DNA of 63,976 nt, filler included, from Limisphaerales bacterium (GCA_044225505.1; 8 parts of 8 records of this genome joined end to end with filler, not necessarily neighbours in it), one strand, 5' to 3'. Shown: positions 32,341-43,619, counted from the first letter of the whole stretch. Notes: generated by a model not told the origin, from the letters alone. Numbers and translations are program-made.

Positions 32341-33471
32341 TCACGAAAAGCCCGGCCTCTCAGGCCTGGGAAATGGCTGGGAAGCATTTGAAGCTGTCTC
32401 AGCGAGGCCGGCCAGGTTCGGGTCGGAATTCGCCTCAATCCCGGTCGTGGCCAGGGCCATTTTCGGCCCCCCCAAAGCTTTGCGTATCAACTGGGCGAGC
32501 ATGTCCGGATGACAAGGTTTCGGCAGGAACAGGAATTCTTTCCGATCAGGATCCGGCCTCATCATTTCCTCGTTGTATCCACTGGTAATTACCACGGCCA
32601 AGGTCGGTTTCTCCACGCGGAACCGCCGGGCGAGGTCTTGTCCGGTGATTCCGCCGGGCATGACCATGTCTGCCAGAAGTAATTCGATCTCCGCATGGAA
32701 CTCTTGCCAACGCGCAATCGCTTCACGGCCGTTGGCCGCTTCACGCACGGTATAACCCAGATAACGGAGGCAGAGCGCCGCGGTCCGGCGAAAGGACGGG
32801 TCGTCTTCCACGAGCAGAATGGTTTCCTTGCCACGCGGGGCTGGCTCTGTTTGCAGCGCCGCAACTTGCGTCTCAGGCTTGGGGATCCAGGGTAAGTGGA
32901 TGGAAAACGAACTGCCTTGCCCCACTGAGGATTCAACCCGGATCCAACCTTCATGTTGCTTAACGATGCCAAAGACCGTGGCGAGCCCCAGGCCTGTCCC
33001 CTTGCCGACCTCTTTGGTCGTAAAGAACGGTTCAAAGATATGTTTTAAGACCGATTCGTTCATACCACAACCGGTGTCGGTGACGGTAAGTTGAACAAAC
33101 CGCCCCGGACGCGCGTCCGAATGCGCTCGAACGCAGTCGTCGTCGCAATCGACTATGTTGGTGCTGAGCGTGAGTTCACCGCCCGCTGGCATGGCGTCGC
33201 GGGAATTGAGGCATAGGTTCATCACGGCTTGCTCGATCATTCCACTGTCCGCCCGCACCCATAGGGCCTCGGAAGCCGGGAGAAACGCTATTTCGATGCT
33301 TTCGCCGATCAGACGGCGCAACATCTTCAATAAATCCTGGATTAGGCCGTTTAGCTCCAACGCCTCCACTCGTGGCGCCTGACGGCGGCTGAAGAGCAAA
33401 AGCTGGCGCGTCAAACTCGCCGCGCGCATCGTTTCACCTTCGATACTGCTCATCGCCTCTTTTATAGGAGT
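32341..33471 (-). CDS. Hybrid sensor histidine kinase / receiver (5'-truncated)
   Basis: QAVMNLCLNSRDAMP, DTGCGM, FEPFFTTK..GKGTGLGL, LLVEDD, DMVMPGG. Confidence 0.92.
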   Translation of the reverse strand, partial: TPIKEAMSSIEGETMRAASLTRQLLLFSRRQAPRVEALELNGLIQDLLKMLRRLIGESIEIAFLPASEALWVRADSGMIEQAVMNLCLNSRDAMPAGGELTLSTNIVDCDDDCVRAHSDARPGRFVQLTVTDTGCGMNESVLKHIFEPFFTTKEVGKGTGLGLATVFGIVKQHEGWIRVESSVGQGSSFSIHLPWIPKPETQVAALQTEPAPRGKETILLVEDDPSFRRTAALCLRYLGYTVREAANGREAIARWQEFHAEIELLLADMVMPGGITGQDLARRFRVEKPTLAVVITSGYNEEMMRPDPDRKEFLFLPKPCHPDMLAQLIRKALGGPKMALATTGIEANSDPNLAGLAETASNASQPFPRPERPGFS

Positions 33472-33571
33472 NNNNNNNNNNNNNNNNNNNNNNNNNNNNN
33501 NNNNNNNNNNNNNNNTTAATTAATTAANNNNNNNNNNNNNNNNNNNNNNNNNNNNNNNNNNNNNNNNNNNN

Positions 33572-34366
33572 CACGACGGCACGACTATCCCTGGCCACGA
33601 TGGGGAGGAAGGCATTTCCACGATAGCCGCGTGCTACCAGTTCTGTCGGCCGGATGAACCCAAGCTGCTCCGGTACAAACAACGGGCCATTACAGACGCA
33701 AATCCCCTCTTCAACCAAGGGCTGGAGGGTATTAACTGGCTGGACTGCCGCGATGCCACTAAGCCATGGTCGGGTTGGCGTGCTGGACCGACATCCCCGG
33801 GATGGTGCGCGGCTCTTGCTGGCGCTTCCAATGTCGCTGAGGTGCGCTATTGGTTGCGCAAGCTGGCCACCGTTACCGACGCCGACGGTTCGCTCTGGTG
33901 GTGGCCTTACTCCCTTACCAACCGGGCCAATCTGGCCGACGTGCGCCGGCGCGACTCTGACGCAGATGTGGGCAAGTGTGGCTATGCCGCCTCGCTCTAC
34001 ACCGTGTTGTTCTACAGCAAGCTGCTGGGCGTTTCTGTGGACCGGCCAGCGCAGCGCCTCCTTTGGCGGCCTCTGCTCCCCTGGGAGATGCTGGACTGGA
34101 GAAACTGTAGGATCGGGCCATCTGCGTTTGACTTCGTCTGGAAACGGACGTCGGATTCCCTGGTCGCAGAGATCACCAATCTGAACCAATGTTCCTATGC
34201 GGTTGAAATGGAAATGCCGCTGCCTCCCGGCAAGGAACTTCAACAGTGTGTGGTTGATGGAAGAGATTATAGTCCTCGCCACGGTACGCTTTACGGCCGC
34301 CCCGCTATTTTGGTGGACGCAACAATCCGGGCAGGGGAGGCGCTGAAGGTGCAGTTGCGTTTTTGA
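33572..34366 (+). CDS. C-terminal part of a putative six-hairpin glycosidase-like protein (5'-truncated, frameshifted)
   Basis: Coding-like pieces ending LLWRPLLPW...VVDG...VQLRF; family not identified. Confidence 0.4.
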   Translation, partial: HDGTTIPGHDGEEGISTIAACYQFCRPDEPKLLRYKQRAITDANPLFNQGLEGINWLDCRDATKPWSGWRAGPTSPGWCAALAGASNVAEVRYWLRKLATVTDADGSLWWWPYSLTNRANLADVRRRDSDADVGKCGYAASLYTVLFYSKLLGVSVDRPAQRLLWRPLLPWEMLDWRNCRIGPSAFDFVWKRTSDSLVAEITNLNQCSYAVEMEMPLPPGKELQQCVVDGRDYSPRHGTLYGRPAILVDATIRAGEALKVQLRF

Positions 34367-34602
34367 AAAGGCGGAACCTCTGCGGCTGGTCTGACGACAC
34401 AGTCGCGCTCCTTGACCTCACTCAGTTTCAAACGCACCTGAGCTGGGATCTGATCCAGCGTCGATCGATCCTCGTACTCGAAGACCAGCGGTCTACGTCT
34501 TAGCGAGCTTCGAATTGCGGGAGGATCTGCATCGGTCGAATCGATAGCGGCTCCTGTTTTATCGATTAACACCTCTGCGCAAAGGTGCCGTAAGACTGAG
34601 GT

Positions 34603-34983
34603 GTGAAGGTAAACTTGGTTATCGCGTGGCTTTGGATCCTATCAGGATTTCTAGGAGGCGCATTGCTTGGACTCGGACTTCACCGTGAAGAATGGCTGGG
34701 CGGCTATACGAGCCACCGGCGTCGCCTTTACCGCTTGGGTCATATCTCATTCTTCGGTTTGGCCATCATCAATCTGCTCTTTTATCTGACGGTGCAGCAA
34801 TTGCATGTGAATGGGGCATGGGTAGAGATCGCGGCTTGGGCGTATGTTGCCGGGGCGCTCACCATGCCCGTTTGCTGCGTCTTGATGGCGCAACGACCGA
34901 CGTGGCGCCTGCTCTTCAGTATTCCTGTAACCAGTTTGTTGATCGGAGGGATCATTACCGTCACACAGATCGTCAACCTATGA
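34603..34983 (+). CDS. Small four-TM membrane protein
   Basis: Four hydrophobic segments; RRRLYRLGH motif; ATGA overlap with the next gene. Confidence 0.75.
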   Translation: MKVNLVIAWLWILSGFLGGALLGLGLHREEWLGGYTSHRRRLYRLGHISFFGLAIINLLFYLTVQQLHVNGAWVEIAAWAYVAGALTMPVCCVLMAQRPTWRLLFSIPVTSLLIGGIITVTQIVNL

Positions 34984-36359
34984 AAATTGGATTTATTGCT
35001 ATGAGTGGGGTCCGAGCCCATAACGCCGAATTGACGGCATTGGGTCTGACGTTACCCGGCTTCGTCGATCGTAACCGAATTGTCGCTTCCATGCCGAGCT
35101 TATCGCTGCTGACTTTGGCCGCACTGACGCCACCTCCGTTTGAAGTGGCCTACTTTGAAGTGGCGGATCTGAAGGACCAAGCGGACCTGCCGATGGATTT
35201 CGATCTGGTCGCGATCACTTCGTTCTCGGCGCAAATCTACGAGGCTTACGACCTGGCGGATCGCTATCGCGCGCTCGGTGTCCCCGTCGTGATGGGTGGA
35301 TTGCACGTATCGGCGGTGCCTGAGGAAGCCAAAGCGCATTGCACTAGTGTCGTTATTGGGGAAGGGGAGCCTATCTGGCCGGAGCTCTTGCGAGATCTCG
35401 AAAGAGGGGAACTCAAGCCCTATTACCAGTCCCGCTTGCCCGGAGGCTATTCGTTGCGCGACGCGCCGACGCCGCGATTCGACCTCCTCGACCCGACGCG
35501 TTACAACCGCTTGACCGTGCAGACAAGTCGAGGCTGCCCGCATCGCTGTGAGTTCTGCGCCAGCTCGATTCTCCTCACGCCTCATTACAAGGTGAAGCCT
35601 ATCGAGAACATCCTCCGAGAGATCCACGCCATTAAACAAATATGGCCCAAGCCGTTCATTGAATTCGCCGACGATAATAGCTTTCGACACCGCGCGCATT
35701 CATTGGAACTGCTCCGCGCTTTGGCCAACGAAGACCTCCGTTGGTTCACCGAGACGGATATCCAAGTTGCCGAAGACGACGAGCTCCTGCAAGGGATGCG
35801 CGATGCGGGTTGCCAGCAAGTGCTGATCGGACTTGAGAGCCCCAGGCGGGCGAGTTTGACCGGACTCGAATTGAAGCGGGACTGGAAGGCCCGCCACCAA
35901 GAGAGCTATTTGAGGAGCATCGCCAAGATTCAAAGCTACGGGATTACTGTCAATGGGTGTTTCATTCTCGGCCTTGATGGAGATACACCCGAGGTGTTCG
36001 ACGATGTGCTCCAATTCGTTCGCCAGTCGGGCCTTTATGAAGTCCAGATCACCTTCCTGACGCCCTTCCCCGGAACGCCGCTGTATCGGCGGTTGAAAGC
36101 CGAGGGCCGGCTCGTTCGCGATGGCGCTTGGGAACTTTGCACTTTATTCGACGTCAATTTGCGACCTCGCGGGATGACGGCAGACCAGTTGCAGTCAGGG
36201 TTCATTCGGTTGGCCCGGACACTCTATTCGACCGAGGAAACGCGCCAACGACGCCAGAATTTCAAACAAATGCTCAAACGATCGGTCAATTTTCGAAACC
36301 GGCCGAAAGGGTGGAAAGTTCAAGTTAAAGCAGAGGAGAGTCTGGCTGTATCGAGTTAA
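34980..36359 (+). CDS. B12-binding domain radical SAM protein
   Basis: LSLLTLAALTP, VVMGGLHVS, IGEGE, TSRGCPHRCEFC, FILGLDGD, TPFPGTPL. Confidence 0.9.
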   Translation: MKIGFIAMSGVRAHNAELTALGLTLPGFVDRNRIVASMPSLSLLTLAALTPPPFEVAYFEVADLKDQADLPMDFDLVAITSFSAQIYEAYDLADRYRALGVPVVMGGLHVSAVPEEAKAHCTSVVIGEGEPIWPELLRDLERGELKPYYQSRLPGGYSLRDAPTPRFDLLDPTRYNRLTVQTSRGCPHRCEFCASSILLTPHYKVKPIENILREIHAIKQIWPKPFIEFADDNSFRHRAHSLELLRALANEDLRWFTETDIQVAEDDELLQGMRDAGCQQVLIGLESPRRASLTGLELKRDWKARHQESYLRSIAKIQSYGITVNGCFILGLDGDTPEVFDDVLQFVRQSGLYEVQITFLTPFPGTPLYRRLKAEGRLVRDGAWELCTLFDVNLRPRGMTADQLQSGFIRLARTLYSTEETRQRRQNFKQMLKRSVNFRNRPKGWKVQVKAEESLAVSS

Positions 36360-36724
36360 ATACGGCGAGGCGCGTCCGGTCCAAGGAGTGAAGCATCGCG
36401 GCGCGACTAAGTCCGCAGGAACGGCCGTAAGTGGGTAGGGGACGAGAGGGACCGTCGAGACGCAACAGAACGACTGTGGCGGTTCTGACGACCCAGCCAC
36501 GGTCCGTCAAACGGGATGGAATCCGCCGCCCAGCGACGCGGAATTCATGAACCCCAAATGGATTCTTGCTTGCGCTCCACGGGGGCTTGGAGTTACAACC
36601 TGAGCATACCCAAGCAATCGTGGCACCTGTCGTGGCCGAAGCAATTCGGTCAGATGTCCTCGACCGTAGTTGCAGTCGCAGACTGCAAACAACCAACAAC
36701 CGTAGATCCTGTGGTTATCAGCCT

Positions 36725-39409
36725 ATGAGAGATACACTTCGTTCTCAGTCAAAATCCCGGATGCGTGCGGCCGCTCTCGTCGCTGCACTGCTGCTCACAT
36801 TCGTGCCGAGCGGCCATGCCAGCCTCAAAGATGGCCTCGTTGCGTATTGGCCGCTGGACCAGGTGGTCGGCACCAAAACTCCCGACTTAGTGAGCGGCTA
36901 TGACATGGAACTGGCGAATCTTACCGCCGCCGACCTCGTGGACGGCAAGGTGGGAAAAGCGTTTAAGTTCGATAACGCGCGGCAAACGATGCTTAAGCGG
37001 ATCAACAGTCCAGGAGAGCAATTGCCCATCAATCAGCATCCCGCGTTGACCGTGGCTTTCTGGGCCAAGGTGGCAGGCAGCACGTTGACCGACTTGCGAT
37101 TGTTCTCGGAAGCCAGCACGGCGAATAATGACCCGCTCTTTAATCTGGGGACAGCGAACACGGGCGGAGCTGCCAATCTGGATGTGTTCTTTCGGCAATC
37201 AGGATGGTCAACGATCGATCATATCAAGAGCACCTCCGAGCCATTGGATGACACGTGGCATCACATTGCGTTCGTGCAACAGACCGACGGAAGCCGCGCG
37301 CTGTATGTCGACGGGGTCAAAGACGAATTGGAGATACCAGCCAAGCCAGAAGAAGCCTGGCGGCTGAACACCACGACGATTGGGGGCATTCTCCGCGCCA
37401 ATCCGACTCACTGGTTGACGGGATTAATCGATGATGTCGCCCTTTGGAGCCGCGCTTTGAGCGAGACAGAACTGAAACAAGTGATCTCGGAGAGCTTGTC
37501 CAGTGTTTTCTCACCCATCGCCAACGGCATGGTGGCTTATTGGCCGCTTGACGAAGTCGTTGGCACGAAGACGCCCGACTTGGTGAACGGCTATGACATG
37601 GAACTCGCGAACCTCACCGCTGCCGATCTCGTCGATGGCAAAGTCGGCAAAACGTTCAAACTAGACAATACCCGTCAAACCCTGCTCAAACGGATCAATA
37701 GTCCAGGGGAGCAATTGCCCATCAACCAGCACCCTGCATTGACGATTTCTTTCTGGGCCAAAGTGGCCGGAAGCACGCTGACGGACTTGCGGTTATTCTC
37801 GGAAGCCAGCACGGCGAACAATGATCCCTTGTTCAATTTGGGAACGGGCAACGGCGGAGGAGTGGGCAACCTCGATTTCCTCTTCCGGCAATCGGGATGG
37901 ACAACGGTCGACCATATCAAGAGCATCTCCGAACCGTTGGATGATACGTGGCACCACCTTGCGTTTGTGCAACAGACCGACGGGAGCCGTGCACTGTATG
38001 TCGACGGGGTCAAAGATGAATTGGAGATACCCGCGAAACCGGAAGGAGCCTGGCGGCTGAACACGACGACGATTGGGGGCATTCTTCGTGCTAATCCGAC
38101 CCACTGGTTGACTGGATTAATCGATGATGTCGCCCTTTGGAACCGCGCCTTGTCGGATGCAGAACTGTCGTCCGTGATCAAAAACGGCACTCCTGTTCCT
38201 TTCACGAAGCCTCAGCCATTGGCGATTCGGTCGTTTAAGGCCGACTTGCCAGCCGTGGCTGCGGGCGATTCCATCTGGCTTCGATGGGATGTCACGAAGA
38301 ATATCCAGGTCGAAATCGACCAAGGCGTGGGTGATGTCACGGCGAAAACCGTGTCAGGGCTAGGTTCGGTTCAAGTTCCGGTGACCGCTAGCAAGAAGTT
38401 TACCCTAACGTTGAAGCGTGGCGCTGAAAGTCTCACTCAAACCGTGACCGTGTTCGCCATCGACGGTGTAACCGCTGGGTGGACGTTGCTCGACAACTTC
38501 GATCGATACACCAATGGGTTGTTGAATCTGCAAGGAGGGTGGGGGGACCTCGACGCGACCGATTTCTTCGTGGAGGATGTGAAAGGCAACAAGATGCTGG
38601 GAGCGAATGGCGGCGATGCGACAGCAGCCTTGCGTCTTGGCCCGCTCGCGGTAGTCGAGGGCCAGGAACGGACGCTCTTCTTCCGGGTCTACCGGACGGG
38701 TGACGAAGCGGAACCGGCCCGAGGCACCGTCGCGCTCAGTGATCGCAACGTTCGATTTGGCAGCGATGTGGGGACGAGCGGCAATGATATTGGCCCAGGG
38801 GCCGTGATTAGTGATGAGGCTGGGATCGGGTTGCAGATCGGCGGCGCCAACGGCAATAACAGCGCGGTCGATTTTGTGGCGGACCCAATTCTTGCCTCAC
38901 AGACAATCTACGACGTTTGGGTGGACTTAAAGAATGGTCCTTTTCCGGAGGACAGCAGTTCCACGGGAGATACCTACTCCATTTACATCCAAAAAGATGG
39001 GAGTGGCTCGCGAACGAAAGTGGTAACGGATTATGTTTCGGCTCGGGGGCCCGGTGCCGCCGACGTCGGCTTTGCCACGAAAGACTTGGACAAGTTGATT
39101 GTCGGGGCGCTGACTGGTCACAGCACCAGCACTAACTTATTCTTCGACGACATTTACCTGAGTAAAACCGGATACAATAGCTCCGTTCCTCGCGCGGTTG
39201 GATTCACCACTCCGATCGACGAGGTGACACCCAGCGCGCCAGGCATTTCCGTAAAGGTTTCAGGAGTGCAGATTGAAATCGCTTGGAGCGCGGGAACTCT
39301 GGAATCTGCTTCCACCGTGAACGGAGCGTGGACCCCGGTGAGCGCTGCCGTTTCGCCCTACAAAGCGAATCCAGACGGTGTGCAACGGTACTTCCGGGTG
39401 AAGCCATAG
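36725..39409 (+). CDS. Secreted protein with two tandem LamG/ConA-like domains
   Basis: GLVAYWPLD...WHHIAFV...LYVDG...IDDVALWSRALS twice; signal peptide. Confidence 0.85.
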   Translation: MRDTLRSQSKSRMRAAALVAALLLTFVPSGHASLKDGLVAYWPLDQVVGTKTPDLVSGYDMELANLTAADLVDGKVGKAFKFDNARQTMLKRINSPGEQLPINQHPALTVAFWAKVAGSTLTDLRLFSEASTANNDPLFNLGTANTGGAANLDVFFRQSGWSTIDHIKSTSEPLDDTWHHIAFVQQTDGSRALYVDGVKDELEIPAKPEEAWRLNTTTIGGILRANPTHWLTGLIDDVALWSRALSETELKQVISESLSSVFSPIANGMVAYWPLDEVVGTKTPDLVNGYDMELANLTAADLVDGKVGKTFKLDNTRQTLLKRINSPGEQLPINQHPALTISFWAKVAGSTLTDLRLFSEASTANNDPLFNLGTGNGGGVGNLDFLFRQSGWTTVDHIKSISEPLDDTWHHLAFVQQTDGSRALYVDGVKDELEIPAKPEGAWRLNTTTIGGILRANPTHWLTGLIDDVALWNRALSDAELSSVIKNGTPVPFTKPQPLAIRSFKADLPAVAAGDSIWLRWDVTKNIQVEIDQGVGDVTAKTVSGLGSVQVPVTASKKFTLTLKRGAESLTQTVTVFAIDGVTAGWTLLDNFDRYTNGLLNLQGGWGDLDATDFFVEDVKGNKMLGANGGDATAALRLGPLAVVEGQERTLFFRVYRTGDEAEPARGTVALSDRNVRFGSDVGTSGNDIGPGAVISDEAGIGLQIGGANGNNSAVDFVADPILASQTIYDVWVDLKNGPFPEDSSSTGDTYSIYIQKDGSGSRTKVVTDYVSARGPGAADVGFATKDLDKLIVGALTGHSTSTNLFFDDIYLSKTGYNSSVPRAVGFTTPIDEVTPSAPGISVKVSGVQIEIAWSAGTLESASTVNGAWTPVSAAVSPYKANPDGVQRYFRVKP
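36840..38165 (+). repeat. Intragenic direct duplication, offset 693 nt (231 codons)
   Basis: TATTGGCCGCT at 36845 and 37538, followed by long near-identical stretches. Confidence 0.9.
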
Positions 39410-39475
39410 CATCGTCCGGGATGTTCGTTGTGGCGCGTTCGGCTGAATAACGGTGCGCGGCCGAATGGCGCCAGC

Positions 39476-39512
39476 TTAAAAGAAAGAGCGGGCCAGGTCG
39501 GCCCGCTCTTTC
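39476..39512. terminator. Intrinsic terminator between the convergent LamG gene and rpsA
   Basis: GAAAGAGCGGGCC-AGGTC-GGCCCGCTCTTTC hairpin with T-rich tail on the minus strand. Confidence 0.8.
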
Positions 39513-39537
39513 ACGTACGCTTTGAAAACCCAACAGA

Positions 39538-41202
39538 CTATTTAGTGTCGGCGGCGTCAGCGGCGTCAAAGGCGTGTTGCAATGCCACCAGATCCTCACC
39601 TGGCTTGAGTGAATCGAGCACCGCCTGCTCGGCTTTGAGCTGCTCTTGCGAGTAATTGGCAGCCTTGATCGACAGACCAATGCGGCGTTCGCCCTTATCA
39701 ATCTTAATCACGCGCGCCGTGACTTCTTGATCGACCTTGAGCACGTTCTTGATCTTGTCCACTCGATCCTCGCTGACTTGGGAGATGTGGACCAAGCCGT
39801 CGATATCGTGTTGCAGGCCGATGAAGGCACCGAAACTGGCCAGTTTCGTGACTTTGCCCGTGACCAAGTCGCCGACCTTGTAGAATTTGTCGATGTTGTT
39901 CCACGGATCTTCGCTCAGTTGCTTCAAACCCAGCGAAATCCGCTGGTTGGCTTTGTCGATCTCCAACACCACCGCTTCCACTTCCTCGCTCTTCTTTAAG
40001 ACTTCGGAAGGGTGATTGATCTTGCGGGTCCAAGAGATATCCGACACGTGGATCATGCCGTCCAGGCCATCTTCCAACTCCACGAAAGCTCCGTAGCTCG
40101 TGAGGTTGCGAATCTTGCCTTTGACATGGCTGCCAGGAGGATACTTGTCGAGCGCGCGATCCCACGGGTTGGTCTCGAGTTGTCGAATGCCCAAGGAGAT
40201 TTTCTGCTCTTCCCGATTGATCCCGAGCACAACGGCTTCGATTTCCTGATCTGCTTTGAGCACGTCGGCCGGTTTGGCAATGCGCTTGGTCCAAGAGAGC
40301 TCGGTAACGTGCACCAAACCCTCGACGCCAGGCTCCAATTCCACAAACGCTCCATAGGGAACCAGGTTGACCACTTTGCCTTTGACCCGGGCTCCGATGG
40401 GATACTTCTGCTCGATGCTGTCCCAAGGATTGGCGAGCTTCTGCTTTAAGCCCAGGCTGACGCGTTCCTTTTCCTTGTTGATGTCCAAGACCACCACATC
40501 GATTTCCTGCCCAACTTTGAGAAGTTCGGACGGATGGCCAATTCGGCCCCAGCTCATATCCGTGATGTGGAGCAAGCCATCCAAGCCATTGAGGTCGATG
40601 AACGCCCCGAAGTCCGTGATGTTCTTGACCGTGCCCTTGCGGATGTCGCCCGGGGTCATCTCTGTCAGCAACCGTGAGCGGCGTTCGTTGCGTTCCTGTT
40701 CGATCAACTCGCGGCGGGACAGAACGATGTTCTGGCGTTCCTGGTTGATCTTAACGACCTTGAAATCATAATTGTTGCCCACGAAAATATTGAGGTTTTT
40801 CGGAGGCATAATGTCGATCTGCGACGCGGGGAGGAAGGCTTCGACTCCGATATTTACGAGCAAGCCACCTTTGACAACGGCTTTCACCTTGCCGTTAATC
40901 GTCCCACCTTCATTGCAGATCGTCAGGATCTTGTCCCAGTTCTTCTTGAACTCGGCCTTCTCCTTCGAGAGGACCACCATGCCGTCCTTGTCCTCCAGCT
41001 TCTCGATGAGCACATCAATCTCATCGCCGACTTGAACGGTCTTGATGTCGTCAAACTCGTTGCCCGGGACGGAGCCTTCGCTCTTGTAGCCGATGTCCAC
41101 GAGAACTTCCTTGGGACGGAGTTCAATGACGGTTCCCTTGACGATTTCCCCGGCGGCAAAGCGTTTATCACTTTGCTTCAGGGCTTCTTCCATGGTGAGC
41201 AT
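39538..41202 (-). CDS. rpsA: 30S ribosomal protein S1
   Basis: Six S1 domains (DIGYKSEG, AFLPASQID, DFGAFIDL..DGLLHITDMSW). Confidence 0.98.
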   Translation of the reverse strand: MLTMEEALKQSDKRFAAGEIVKGTVIELRPKEVLVDIGYKSEGSVPGNEFDDIKTVQVGDEIDVLIEKLEDKDGMVVLSKEKAEFKKNWDKILTICNEGGTINGKVKAVVKGGLLVNIGVEAFLPASQIDIMPPKNLNIFVGNNYDFKVVKINQERQNIVLSRRELIEQERNERRSRLLTEMTPGDIRKGTVKNITDFGAFIDLNGLDGLLHITDMSWGRIGHPSELLKVGQEIDVVVLDINKEKERVSLGLKQKLANPWDSIEQKYPIGARVKGKVVNLVPYGAFVELEPGVEGLVHVTELSWTKRIAKPADVLKADQEIEAVVLGINREEQKISLGIRQLETNPWDRALDKYPPGSHVKGKIRNLTSYGAFVELEDGLDGMIHVSDISWTRKINHPSEVLKKSEEVEAVVLEIDKANQRISLGLKQLSEDPWNNIDKFYKVGDLVTGKVTKLASFGAFIGLQHDIDGLVHISQVSEDRVDKIKNVLKVDQEVTARVIKIDKGERRIGLSIKAANYSQEQLKAEQAVLDSLKPGEDLVALQHAFDAADAADTK

Positions 41203-41379
41203 AACAGATGATGACGGAACTGCGGGAGACTTGATCCGGGCAAAGAAAGCCCGAAGAAGCTCCATTGCCTAACGGACCCGACGTTGCGACGGCAACGGAG
41301 GTTGAAGGTTAGGTTGCTTGTTTACTTTTGTTTCTCAGCCTTGACGAACAGCCGCACACGCGGTGCTCAGGCAACAGAA

Positions 41380-41407
41380 AGGATAGGCGGGCCGGAGGAG
41401 CAGGCAA
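41380..41407 (-). promoter_or_regulatory. Candidate sigma70 promoter for rpsA
   Basis: TTGCCT-N16-TATCCT about 180 nt upstream of the start. Confidence 0.4.
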
Positions 41408-41603
41408 GGACTAATTTGGCGAGCTTTCTGGCGCAAGCTGCCCAATCGCGGAGAAGCCGGAGAATAAATCGTCGTCGCCCGGCTCCGGCCCACGATCCGG
41501 AACNNNNNNNNNNNNNNNNNNNNNNNNNNNNNNNNNNNNNNNNNNNNTTAATTAATTAANNNNNNNNNNNNNNNNNNNNNNNNNNNNNNNNNNNNNNNNN
41601 NNN

Positions 41604-43619
41604 CACCCGAGTGGTCGGGCCTTCCGGATCCCAACCGCGCGGCGGTTTGCTGTTGATGGACGAAACTTCTTTGATCGAAATTTGGCGACCGCGCGTTTTT
41701 GGCCCTTTGACCTCCACCTCGGATGGTTTGCAAATCTGCTGATTGATCTTCTGGTAGGCCGCCGGCTTATACTTAATGAACAGTTCCGCGGGAGTTTCCG
41801 GCTCGAAAAACAACACTCGCGATTTTGGAGGAATACATTCGTACTCCTTGTTCATGATCGTGCCGCCAAACGTAAATCGCTTGAGAAAAGTCGCTTCGCG
41901 GTTGGTGTAAGCGAGCGTAAAGACCCGGTCTCGGTCCGGCGTCCCGCAGTAGATCAAGTCCGGCCCTACGAACAGCTTTTCAGGCAACTCCGTCACCCGA
42001 TAATGACCGTCTTTAAAGACGAGCAAGAGTTTGTCGAACTTCGTGCAGTCAATTCGAAACTCGTCGCCGCTGACCTTATAGCCGACATATCCCGACTCAC
42101 GATCGTAAGCGACCTTGAACGCTTTGAAGGCCACTTCGCGAGCATCCACCTCGTCGTAGCGACTCGACTTCGTCAACCGTGGATAGAGCGGCCCGTACTT
42201 CTCCAGCAACCGCTCGAGATGCGCGATGACAAATTTTGTCAGGTTCTTGAGGTTCTTCCTGGTCTCCGCCAGTTCGCCTTTCACCTTCTCGACTTCCTCC
42301 CGATGCTTGTGGATGTCGAAGAGGGAGATTCTGCGAATCCGCACCTGGAGGAGGCGATCGACATCTTCATTCGTCAGAGCGCGGATCAATTCCTGGGCGA
42401 AGGGCTTGAATCCTTCATGCACCGCGGCCATCACCGCGTCGTTCGTGCGGCATTGCTCGATCTTCTTATAAATCCGCTCCTCGATAAAGATCCGCTCCAG
42501 CGTTCGAAAGTGCAGGTCATCCTGAAGCTGCTTTTCCTTTAACTCGAGTTCCTGCTTCAGCAGGGCGACTAACTGGTTGGTGTTCTCCTTCAGCACCTCC
42601 GTGACCGTCATTTCCACCGGGCGATTCTCCCGGATCACCATGATACGGCTGGAAATCGTGACTTCACAGTCGGAGAACGCGTAAAGCGCGTCGATCAACT
42701 GATCCGACGTAACGCCTTGCGGCGAGCGCACCTCAATCTCGACCTCTTCCGATGTGAAATCGTTGATGCTCTTGACCTTGAGTTTGCCCTTCCGCGCCGC
42801 ATCTTCAATCGATGCAATCAAGGAATCGGTCGTGGTCGTCGGCGGGATCTCTTTGATCACCACGACTCCCTCTTCCTTGGCCTTGATCTTCGCCCGGACT
42901 TTGATCGATCCCGCCCCGTCTTGATACTCCCGGGCGTCCATCAGTCCGCCCGTCACAAAATCCGGCAGCACTTTGAAAGGTTGCTTCTTCAAAATCGCAA
43001 TCTGCGCCTGGATCAGCTCCGGAAAGTTGTGCGGCAAGATTCGTGACGAAAGCCCAACCGCAATCCCTTCCGTCCCCAACATCAGCAGCAACGGCAACTT
43101 GGAAGGCAATGTGACCGGTTCTTTGTTTCGACCGTCGTAGCTGGGAACAAACGCGGTGATCTCGTCGTTGAAAACCTCATTCCGCGCCAACTCCGTCAGA
43201 CGACACTCAATATACCGAGAGGCCGCGGGTGGGTCGCCCGTCATGACATTGCCAAAGTTCCCCTGCCCCTCGATCAAGTAGCGCTTGTTCGCGAGCACGA
43301 CCAACGCATCCCCGATCGATGCATCGCCGTGCGGGTGATACTGCATGCAATGCCCGACCACGTTCGCCACTTTGATAAAGCGACCGTCATCCTTCTCGTG
43401 CAAAGCCCATAAGATACGGCGCTGCACAGGTTTAAGCCCGTCCGCCAGGTTTGGGATGGCTCGATCCCGAATGACGTAAGAGGCATACTGCAGAAAGCTT
43501 GTGTTCACTCGATGGTGGAAGGGCAATTCCACCTTCGTCGCAGTCACTGTATGTGCCGCAGGCATAGCCACTTGCTCAGCCTGCACGTGATCGTTGTTGT
43601 CGTTCTTCGCTTCGCTCAT
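41604..43619 (-). CDS. parC: DNA topoisomerase IV subunit A-like protein (3' end at contig edge)
   Basis: DRAIPNLADGLKPVQRRIL, YHPHGDASI, AASRYIECRL (catalytic Tyr); short C-terminal region. Confidence 0.8.

Noticed and set aside
34420..34495. Minus-strand FEYEDRSTLDQIPAQVRLKL resembling a nitrate-reductase-associated protein start
   Set aside because: Too short and without a credible start or continuation.
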